From positions 1 to 46,625 of the forward strand of contig JABCOE020000020.1 of assembly GCA_013333795.2 (NCBI GenBank): a stretch of DNA of 46,625 nucleotides, in the 5' to 3' direction. The notes below the pieces were generated by a model. The model saw only the letters and a program-made list of their open reading frames with translations. It had not been told where the DNA came from and searched no databases. Below are positions 35,946-46,625 of the stretch, piece after piece. Source of the stretch: Candidatus Saccharimonadota bacterium (lineage in GTDB: Bacteria; Patescibacteriota; Saccharimonadia; Saccharimonadales; Saccharimonadaceae). Numbering within the stretch: the first letter of the stretch is position 1; each line of letters starts with the position of its first letter. The translations under genes and the position numbers were made by a program.

Positions 35946-38900
35946 GTGTCTGGCGGCGGGATAGGCACTCTTGTAACATTGTTTGCAATAGCTTTGGTGA
36001 TTGGGCTAGGGTCTTTTGTTGTGTTTATGGTATATCGTAATACTCTTCGTGAGGCGAAGAACTATGAGCGCGGGCTTAAGATGGTGCCGATATTAATTCA
36101 TCTACCGCCAGCTAGCGATGATATTGTTAGCGACGGGCGTGATAAACGGGATCTGACGGAAGAAGTGTTGTCGCAAGCTCAGGTTATGTACAATATTATA
36201 TCCAGTACTGCCACTAAAGGTTTTAAGAGCAAGATTTATGGGCAGAGGCATTTGTCGTTTGAAATAGTGGCTCGCGATGGCTTGGTGTTCTATTATGCTG
36301 TTGTACCTACAGTGCTCACCGAGGTAGTTCGCCAGGCAAATGCAGCGGCCTACCCATCGGCTCGGCTAGAAGAGGTGTCGGAGCACACTGTTTTTAGCAA
36401 GGTCGGTAAGATGAGCGGTACGATTGGTGGCGAGTTTACTTTGAGGAAGAGCTTTGCTTATCCTATTGCAACATACATGGAATCTAAACGTGATGCATCG
36501 CGCGCATTGCTTAATGCTTTATCAGCAGCGACTCGCGAAGATGGTATAGGTATCCAAATATTAATTCGTCCAGCTAATGAGCGATGGGCCAAGTCGGCAG
36601 TTTCTGTCTCTGAAAAAATCATAGAAGACAAAGACAAAAAAAGACCGGACTTTCGGTGTTCTTCTCGCCGAGCGAAATTATGGAATCTCTATGGAAGCCG
36701 CCAGAGAGCGACGACAAAAAGCCGGAGGATAAAAAGCCGCTTAACTCTGTTGAACAGGCGACCGTTGATGCTATTCAAGAAAAAACCCGTTATCCGGGGT
36801 ACGAGGTACTGATACGGGCTGTTGTTTCGTCTAATACAGCAGCCCGTTCTCAGGTAATATTGAAAAATATTGTCGCAGCATTTGCATTATTTGACTCGCC
36901 GACGTTTAACGGATTTAAATTTACGTTAGCAAAAAACATTGAAGAACTAACTTCGTCTTATATTTTTCGTTTCTTCCCGCAGCAGGTTAATAAGAATATA
37001 TTAAATAGCGTAGAGCTGGCGACGATTTTTCATTTGCCGGATCAGAATAGTATTCCAAGCTCGCAAGTCAAGCGCCAGATGAGTAAGCAAGTCGATGGAC
37101 CGACGCAGGTGATGGAGACTGGTTTGCTGTTAGGATACAACGAATTTCGCGGTGTTAAGAAGCCGATTAGGCTCAGCGATAAAGACCGCCGGCGCCATAT
37201 ACATATTATTGGACAGACGGGTGTTGGTAAATCAGTTTTGCAGGAAAATCTAGCCTACCAAGATATGCTGGATGGGCGGGGTTTTGCCTTGGTTGATCCG
37301 CACGGGGACCTTGCGGAGCATTTGCTAGAAAAGGTGCCAAAGGAGCGCGTTGAAGACATTATTTATTTCAACCCAAGCGATATGGACAATCCGATTGGTC
37401 TGAATATGTTTGAGTTTGACCACCCAGACCAAAAAGACTTTTTGGTACAAGAGGCTATCGGTATGCTTTATGGTTTGTATGACCCAGGACATACTGGTAT
37501 CGTTGGTCCGCGGTTGGAGCATATATTCCGTAACTGCGCGCTGTTATTAATGAGCGATCCGGCGGGCGGTACTTTTGTCGATATACCGAAGCTCTTGGTT
37601 GATGATAGTTTCAGAAATAACAAGTTGAAATACGTTACCGACCAGCAGGTGTTAGATTTTTGGACAAAGGAGTTCCCGGCATCGCAGCGATCAAGCGAGG
37701 CAGGCGAGGTCATCAGCTGGGTTATTGCTAAATTTGGTCCGTTCATTAGCAATGATGCTATGCGTAATATTATTGGCCAGACAAAAAGCGGCTTTGATTT
37801 TCAAGACATCATGAATAATAACAAGATTTTGCTGGTGAACTTATCGAAAGGTAAATTAGGCGATCTTAACTCTAAATTGCTTGGTATTGTCTTTGTGATG
37901 AAGTTTCAGGCTGCGGCGATGGCGCGGGCCAAGATTCCAGAGGACGAGCGCAAAGATTTTACGCTGTATGTTGATGAGTTTCAGAACTTTGCGACTGATA
38001 GCTTCGAGACTATTTTGAGCGAAGCTCGCAAGTATCGATTGAGTTTGGTATTAGCTAACCAGTTCATGACGCAGTTGAAGGAAGAACTGCGCGAGGCTAT
38101 TCTCGGTAACGTTGGTACAACTATCACTGGCCGGATTGGTATAACCGACGCAGAAATTATGGTTAAGCGCTATACACCAGTGTTTGATGCAGAAGATTTG
38201 ACGAAATTGCCAAACTTTGAATCTGTCTGTGTCGCCCAGATTGAAGGTGTGCCGTCTGCGCCGTTTAGTATGGCATGGATTCCCCCGATGGGCCACCAAA
38301 ATGCTCAGTTGGGCGATGCTTTGCGCAGACTGTCGGCTGCAAAATACGGACATCCGCGGGCTCAAGTTGAGCGTGAGATAGCGGCGCGTACTAGCATGAA
38401 TCAATCTTCTGGAAATAATAAACAGTTGAAAAATACGGCTGGAGCCGCTGCTAACACTCCTAATAAAATAGCACCGAGTAGTAGTTCATCTTTTTTGGAT
38501 GAATGGTTAGCGAAACGCAAGCAAGTAACCGGTAGAAATAGCACTACGCCGCGTCCAGTATCTTCGCCGCTACCAGCTAATACTAAACCGCCGATGTCTT
38601 CGACTGGCAATGCAGTGGCCGCTGGACCCGCTCAATCTCAAGATTATACTGACGCTTATTCTCGTGCTTCTAGCAGTACCTTGCCAGCTCAGCCGCAGCA
38701 GCAACAGCTTCCGCAGCAGCCATCTCGAAATAATTCAATAGATTTGGCACAGTCACAGCTTGGTGCAGTACCGCTAGCAGTTACTGTGCCGCCGCAAGTT
38801 GGTGAGTCTCCTAATGTTAATTCTGCTACGCAGAGTGTCAATTTACCGACTGCAGATAATGGTCCGATTTCGGTGCCACAACAGCCTGCTAGTGATACTC

Positions 38901-38953
38901 TAAATATGCGCGACAGCGACAATAGCGGCGAAGTTTCGATAAAATTACGTTAG
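35946..38953 (+). CDS. VirD4/TraD/TrwB-like coupling ATPase (~1000 aa), frameshifted at A7 run 36636-36642
   Basis: N-terminal TM, HIHIIGQTGVGKS Walker A, VDPHGD, YVDEFQNF, SEARKYRL..ANQ. One extra A gives DKKKTGLSVFFSP and joins ORFs 35946 and 36656. Confidence 0.88.
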
Positions 38954-38963
38954 TTGGCAAAAG

Positions 38964-39557
38964 CTACTTGGATTTACCGAATATTAGGACGCGAATGTAA
39001 TCGTAAATCAAGCCGATAACCCACCCTAAGACGAAGGTGGCAATGGTCTCTGTGCCAGATAGCGAATATCCGAAGTGCTTAGCGACTAAATATATACCAG
39101 CTGTAAGGATAAAAGCTGCAGCCGACCCTGACAATATGGCATTGGGACGTGCTACAGTATTACCAATCACTTCGCTGCTCTTTTCGACGGCGGGGTTATG
39201 AATAACTTTACTGAAAGTTCTGCTGGCAGGTGACATTTCGGATTGAATCTCGGTCATAGTCTTGTCGAAGGCGGCTTTGCGCTCTTGTTTAGAGGTAGGG
39301 CCGCGGCGTTTTTTCTCTGGACTGACTTCATTAGTTTTTATTTTGTTTTCTTTACGTTCTTGGGCGATTTCTCTAGCTTGGTTTAAGGCTTCATGGCGTG
39401 CTTTATTCAGTTGTTCCTGAGAGGCTTCAGAGCTAGCTTCTTTCTCTGTTTTATTTTTAGCGTTAATATTCTCTTGAGTTTTCCGATGGATTACTTCAGA
39501 GCTAGTGTACTGCTCTTTATGCTTATCGCTAAGTGATGGTATTTTTTCATTATTCAT
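38964..39557 (-). CDS. Hypothetical protein, charged N-terminus and two C-terminal TMs
   Basis: Clean ORF with GAGGT SD; hydrophobic C-terminal hairpin. Confidence 0.8.
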   Translation of the reverse strand: MNNEKIPSLSDKHKEQYTSSEVIHRKTQENINAKNKTEKEASSEASQEQLNKARHEALNQAREIAQERKENKIKTNEVSPEKKRRGPTSKQERKAAFDKTMTEIQSEMSPASRTFSKVIHNPAVEKSSEVIGNTVARPNAILSGSAAAFILTAGIYLVAKHFGYSLSGTETIATFVLGWVIGLIYDYIRVLIFGKSK

Positions 39558-39596
39558 TGATAGCTACCTCATCTTTGTTTTATATAATCTTATAGT

Positions 39597-41255
39597 TTAT
39601 ATAGTGCCTGAGTTAAAATCTCGACGGATTAAGCGGACTTCCTTTTTCAGATGACGCGATCGTGCGTAGAAGAATGCGACAACAGCGAAGGTGATTCCGG
39701 CAAATAGCATGTTTTCGCCAGGTCCAGTGTGTGGAAGTTGAGCAACGGTTTGTTCAATTGCTTGTTTTTGTGTCGGACAGTCCACATTAATGGTCACGGA
39801 GTTGCCGAAAGTATTGGTCATCTTGCAGTCGTATGAATTAGGGTTGCCGGTGCCAGTGGCTTTTGGTGAGATCGTGCTTTGGAGCTTCACGCTGAATACG
39901 CGAGTTTGAGTTTCACCAGGGTTTAGCGTGACTTTTGGCCATACCTATAGAGTTTCTGTGTCTTGGCTGCCAGAGGTGTCCTTGGTTAAGGTAGCTCCTC
40001 CTTTGTTTTCTAGCGAAGAATATTGGAGGACGTCAGCGAGATTCTCGGTGATGGTGTAATCGGTAGCTTTCAATCCTTTGTTGGTCACAGTAATTTTGTA
40101 AATGATTTGATCGGACGCCTTGGCGGTAGTCGTCGAAGCGTCGGCGTTACCTTGCGAGGTGTTTTGGGCGGTTTTTGTTTGAATGATATCTTCTTTACAC
40201 TTAGCATCTTTTATCCACAAAGTTGTGTCGCCTGGGCATGGTTGACAGTTAGGATCTGTGGCAAGCAAGGCAGGATTTTGCGGACACTTAGCTGGCTCTA
40301 CAATCTGAAATTCCTTGGTACAGCTATCACTGGTACGGTCGCCTAGAGATGTTTTCAAGATAGCTTTAACCGTATATTTACCAGCTGCAGTTTCTTTGTC
40401 GGTGATAGTTCGAGTCTTGCTTTCGATGGTTTTTAATTGTTTACCATCTCGATAGACAACAAATCTATAACCGGTAATTGAAGCGCCATTGCTAGTGTTG
40501 CCGGAGGCGGTGTATTGGTAGATATTCTTGTTGTTAACGATTGCTAGCGACGAGCATACTGCGACAGGGTCAGCTTTGCACCTCGGGTCGTTCGCAGGCA
40601 GGTTAGTCTTGCCGGGGACGGTACACATCGGAGTGTAGCAATTTGGATAGGTCCCCGATTGTCCAGGAGGGCAAGCGGGAGCTGGCGGGACGGTTAGTGT
40701 AATTAGGTTGCCGCAGCTGCGCATAATTCCGAACCACATTCCTGTCTTTGATGAACGAGCTACGTAGGCTGAATAAGCGCCTGAGTTACCCCAAAGCCGC
40801 TGCGGTCTGTAATAAAACGTTCGCGTACCGCCGCCAGTTTTCACGGTGTAGCCGCCTTCGCCTTGGCTTGCACCGAATACAGGTTTCATACCCCAAGAAT
40901 ATAAGCCTTCGTTGCTTCTGTGATACTCCAAATTATTACCAGCTTGGTCAATATCGCTGCGAGAAATGCCGACGGCATCGTAGAGGTCGCGGATATTGTT
41001 GACGTTGCTGTCATAGGTGCTTAGTAAGGCTTGTTTGCTCCATACGCCGCCATAAACCATATCAGTAGCGTCGGCAGCGGTAGCTGGCTCTGGTGCCTGA
41101 AATACGGCAAAAAACTGTACAACGAGCGCAAAAGCTGTAAAAATAAGTCCTAATCTGCGCACCGATTCTTCTTTGCGTAACCGTTTTGCATAAAAACCTA
41201 ATTGTCCGACTAATGCTGGGCTAAAGGCGAGATTTGATACTAGCTTTCTAAACAT
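39597..41255 (-). CDS. Cys-rich surface protein with Ig-like (DUF11-like) domain and LPHTG sorting signal; in-frame TAG at 39945-39947
   Basis: ..DTETL*VWPKVTLNPGETQTRVFSVKL.. is in frame with ORF 39890; ends LPHTG, hydrophobic helix, basic tail. Confidence 0.8.
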
Positions 41256-41399
41256 TTTGCTTACCTTTTTGTGTTATTTTGAGATATATTTTCCTCTCTT
41301 TTATAATATCATACTTATGGCAACCGCAGCAATACCTTGAATGAACAATTTTTTTTATGGTATAATGTGGGTATTAATAGACAAGCTGAGCGACTGTAA

Positions 41400-43406
<2,007 letters not shown>

Positions 43407-45959
43407 ATGGACGAGAAGAAGGATAGGAATATGAAACCAGAGTCAAAAAACCCAGTCGAAGGCGAGATTATTGAGCAGACTAACGGTGTTAGCCATTCAA
43501 AGTCTGTTGAAATTCGAACAGTAGAAGATGTTATGGAGGATAGCTTTATCCGGTATTCAATGTCGGTCATCGTTGACCGTGCTTTACCGGACGTACGCGA
43601 TGGTATGAAGCCAGTTCATCGCCGTATTGTGTACGTAATGGATAAAATGGGTATCGGGCCGACAGCTAAGACCGTGAAAAGTGCGCAGATTGTCGGTGAA
43701 GTGATGGGTAAATATCATCCACACGGCGATAGTTCGATTTATGATGCGATGGTGCGTATGGCTCAAGATTGGGTGGAGCGCTATCCGTTGGTTCAGGGCC
43801 AAGGTAACTTTGGTTCAATGGACGGTGACCCGCCGGCAGCTATGCGTTATACCGAAGCAAAAATGACTCGGGTGTCAGAGTCACTTTTGGCAGATATTGA
43901 TAAAGAGACGGTTGATTTTCGCGATACATATGACTCTACGCGCCAAGAGCCGATTGTTTTGCCTGCTAAATTGCCGAATTTACTGCTGAATGGGCAAGTT
44001 GGTATTGCTGTTGGTATGGCAACTAATATTCCGACGCATAATCTAGGCGAGGTGGTTGATGCAACGGTTACACTGATTGATAATCCAGAAGCAACGCTTG
44101 ATGACCTTATGAAGTGTATCAAGGGGCCAGATTTCCCAACTGGCGCGGTGGTTTATGGTGGCGCGCCGATGCGCCAAGCTTATGCGACCGGCCGCGGCAG
44201 TGTGACGATACGGGCGGTGGCAAACATTGAAGAAACCAAACGCGGCCGTCATCAAATTATAGTTTCTGAGATGCCTTATGGCGTGAATAAAGCAACGCTT
44301 ATCGAAAAAATTGCCGATTTGGTGCACGAGAAAAAGATTACGGCGATTAGCGCTTTGCGCGATGAGTCGGCTCGCGGTAATGTGCGAGTAGTTATTGAGC
44401 TCAAAAAAGACTCTTATCCGAAGAAAGTACTTAACCAATTATACAAATTGACGGCGTTACAGACTAACTTCCATTACAATATGCTAGCTTTGGTGCCGAG
44501 TGCTGACGATGCGACACGTCTGCAGCCGCGCGTTTTGGGTTTGCATGATATTCTGAATGAGTTTATCAAACATCGCCGCCAAGTGGTCCGCCGCCGCACA
44601 GAGTACGAGCTACGCAAGGCTAAGGAGCGAGCGCATATCCTGGAAGGTTACAAAATTGCACTGGACAATATCGACGAGGTAATTAGAATCATCCGGGCTA
44701 GCAAGACGCAAGATGAAGCCGAAAAGGCGCTCATCGAAAAGTTCTCGCTGAGCGTTATCCAGGCCAAGGCGATTCTGGCAATGCAATTGCGCCGGCTGAC
44801 GGGTCTAGAACGCGAAGCTATCGAGAATGAGCTAGCTGAGTTAATGAAAAAGATTGCGTATTTTGAAAAAGTTTTGGCTGACGAAAACGAAATCCTTCGC
44901 ATCATCAAAGAGGAGTTGCTAGAAATTAAAGATAAATATGGCGATGACCGTTGTAGTAAAATTATCAACACCGAAGTTGGTAAGTTTAGCGATGAAGAAC
45001 TAATCCCAGAAGAGGATACTGTTGTACTGCTGACAACGGAAAATTACATCAAACGCACCTTGGCTAGCGATTATCGCCGTCAAACCCGCGGCGGCAAGGG
45101 TAAACGTGGTATGACCACTAAAGAAGAAGACGGTATTGATCAGCTAGTACCAGCTGGAACACATGATTGGCTGTTGTTTTTCACGAACAGGGGTAGAGTG
45201 TTTCGTCTGAAGGCCTACGAGGTGCCGGCAGCTAGCTTAGCGGCGAAGGGCGTAGCGGCGGTCAATTTATTGCAGCTGCAGCCAGAGGAAAAAATTACTT
45301 CAATTATCAATCTAGCTAAAGATGTAAATGTTGATGAAGGCTATCTATTTATGGCGACGAGCAAGGGAACAGTCAAGAAGACAGCGATTGCTGACTATTC
45401 AAATATTCGCACCAATGGTTTAATTGCTATTAATTTGGATGAAGGCGATGAGTTGCGTTGGATCAAGCAAACTACTGGCAAGAACGATGTGATTATCTCG
45501 ACTTCAGCTGGACAAGCGGTTCGCTTTAGCGAGGAGGAGTGTCGTCCGATGGGACGTGCTGCTCGCGGTGTGCGTGGTGTGCGACTACGAACGGACGATA
45601 GTGTTGTAGGTATGGATATTGTAACTTCAGCTGATCAAAAATTGCTGGTGATGAGCGCAAACGGGTTCGGTAAAGTAACCAAGGTAGCTAATTTTCCGAG
45701 TCACCGCCGCGGCGGCGTTGGTGTGAAGGCTGCTGTTGTTACGGCAAAAACTGGTCCGATAGTTGCTGTTCAAACGCTTGAGAAGGATGCGATTGAGGCA
45801 ATTATGATTAGTCAAAATGGACAGACTATCCGAGTGTCGCTTGACGATATTCCAGCACTTGGCCGTACTACTCAGGGTGTTCGAGTGATGCGTATTAATG
45901 ACGGAGATACAGTTTCGTCAATGGGGATTATACGTGATACAGACGAAGGAGAAAAATAG
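43407..45959 (+). CDS. gyrA: DNA gyrase subunit A
   Basis: [23 protein letters not shown], GyrA-box QTRGGKG, beta-pinwheel repeats. Confidence 0.98.
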   Translation: MDEKKDRNMKPESKNPVEGEIIEQTNGVSHSKSVEIRTVEDVMEDSFIRYSMSVIVDRALPDVRDGMKPVHRRIVYVMDKMGIGPTAKTVKSAQIVGEVMGKYHPHGDSSIYDAMVRMAQDWVERYPLVQGQGNFGSMDGDPPAAMRYTEAKMTRVSESLLADIDKETVDFRDTYDSTRQEPIVLPAKLPNLLLNGQVGIAVGMATNIPTHNLGEVVDATVTLIDNPEATLDDLMKCIKGPDFPTGAVVYGGAPMRQAYATGRGSVTIRAVANIEETKRGRHQIIVSEMPYGVNKATLIEKIADLVHEKKITAISALRDESARGNVRVVIELKKDSYPKKVLNQLYKLTALQTNFHYNMLALVPSADDATRLQPRVLGLHDILNEFIKHRRQVVRRRTEYELRKAKERAHILEGYKIALDNIDEVIRIIRASKTQDEAEKALIEKFSLSVIQAKAILAMQLRRLTGLEREAIENELAELMKKIAYFEKVLADENEILRIIKEELLEIKDKYGDDRCSKIINTEVGKFSDEELIPEEDTVVLLTTENYIKRTLASDYRRQTRGGKGKRGMTTKEEDGIDQLVPAGTHDWLLFFTNRGRVFRLKAYEVPAASLAAKGVAAVNLLQLQPEEKITSIINLAKDVNVDEGYLFMATSKGTVKKTAIADYSNIRTNGLIAINLDEGDELRWIKQTTGKNDVIISTSAGQAVRFSEEECRPMGRAARGVRGVRLRTDDSVVGMDIVTSADQKLLVMSANGFGKVTKVANFPSHRRGGVGVKAAVVTAKTGPIVAVQTLEKDAIEAIMISQNGQTIRVSLDDIPALGRTTQGVRVMRINDGDTVSSMGIIRDTDEGEK

Positions 45960-45962
45960 CGG

Positions 45963-46394
45963 ATGGTAGTATCCCCGTATATAATAGCTTTTGCTGTCGG
46001 TTGGGCTATGGCGCAGTGCGGTAAGTATGTTGTTGCTGCTATTAAGATGCGTACCTTGAAAGTATTTGATCATCTGTACATATCGGGAAATATGCCAAGC
46101 GCTCATAGTGCTACGATGATGTCGCTAGTGTCGATTATCGGTTTGAAAGACGGAGTTGGCAGTGGTTTGTTTGGTCTGGCGTTAGCTCTAGCAGCGATTG
46201 TGATGTACGACGCATTGATGGTGCGGCGATCTGTTGGCGAGCAGGGTGAGGCTATTAAGCAAGTTATTGATATCTCGAAATTTGATGTATCAAAGCCGCG
46301 TAGCGCTAAGGGACATACCCCTTTGGAAGTGGTAGTCGGTGCTGTAATTGGCTTACCAGCGGGTATCGTTGTATTTTTAGCTACAAAAAACTAG
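45963..46394 (+). CDS. Divergent PAP2-family membrane protein (DUF212-like)
   Basis: SGNMPSAHSA, VMYDA..VRRSVGEQ, GHTPLEV. Confidence 0.9.
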   Translation: MVVSPYIIAFAVGWAMAQCGKYVVAAIKMRTLKVFDHLYISGNMPSAHSATMMSLVSIIGLKDGVGSGLFGLALALAAIVMYDALMVRRSVGEQGEAIKQVIDISKFDVSKPRSAKGHTPLEVVVGAVIGLPAGIVVFLATKN

Positions 46395-46404
46395 CGATAG
46401 GGTG

Positions 46405-46433
46405 TTGACTTGATTAGGTTAGAGCGCTACAAT
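46405..46433 (+). promoter_or_regulatory. rRNA operon promoter
   Basis: TTGACT-17-TACAAT about 130 nt before the 16S gene. Confidence 0.75.
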
Positions 46434-46563
46434 AGTGAACAGTCTGGTTGCGAGAGGTAAACTTACAAATTGCATCTTAGCAGTCAGGTTAAGTAATTTA
46501 ACAATTTGATTGTGCAATTATCATCGTCAGTCTATTTTTGAGTAGACGCTTCAAATGAAGCAT

Positions 46564-46625
<62 letters not shown>

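Noticed and set aside
20004..39947. Two in-frame TAG codons (20004 and 39945-47) suggesting amber reassignment or read-through
   Set aside because: TAG is the true stop of many genes here (rpsR, efp, pilC, pilin, ndk, gyrA). Each case is one base from a sense codon (AAG, TTG), no suppressor tRNA is present, and the assembly shows other errors.
43700..43750. Quinolone-resistance substitution in GyrA
   Set aside because: QRDR reads [10 protein letters not shown], the wild-type Ser/Asp pattern

Overview
Core chromosomal segment of a small-genome bacterium, most likely Saccharibacteria/TM7 (Patescibacteria/CPR). This is inferred from gene content and style, not from a database search. It holds rpsF-ssb-rpsR-efp, a complete monoderm-type type IV pilus locus (pilM/N/O, pilB, pilT, pilC, major pilin, pilD, four minor pilins; no secretin), a Xer-like recombinase, ndk, four tRNAs, thrS, miaA, rpmB, RNase P RNA, infC-rpmI-rplT, a ComM/YifB ATPase, tmRNA, a VirD4/TraD-like ATPase, an LPXTG surface protein, gyrB-gyrA and the 5' end of 16S rRNA. 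The most interesting signals are non-coding. (1) The ORF-poor 1.7-kb region behind tmRNA holds a promoter-driven ~340-nt pseudoknotted RNA and an oppositely oriented ~100-nt sRNA that share a CUCCACAAC seed. (2) A T-box riboswitch with an ultrashort K-turn Stem I and a Thr (ACC) specifier precedes thrS. (3) A 6S-like RNA lies directly upstream of rnpB. (4) Many promoters sit 6-10 nt before the ATG (leaderless), which also exposes an unannotated 29-aa peptide. Several frameshifts, in-frame stops and A>C changes at invariant residues indicate that the assembly contains base errors, so gene breaks need read-level checking.
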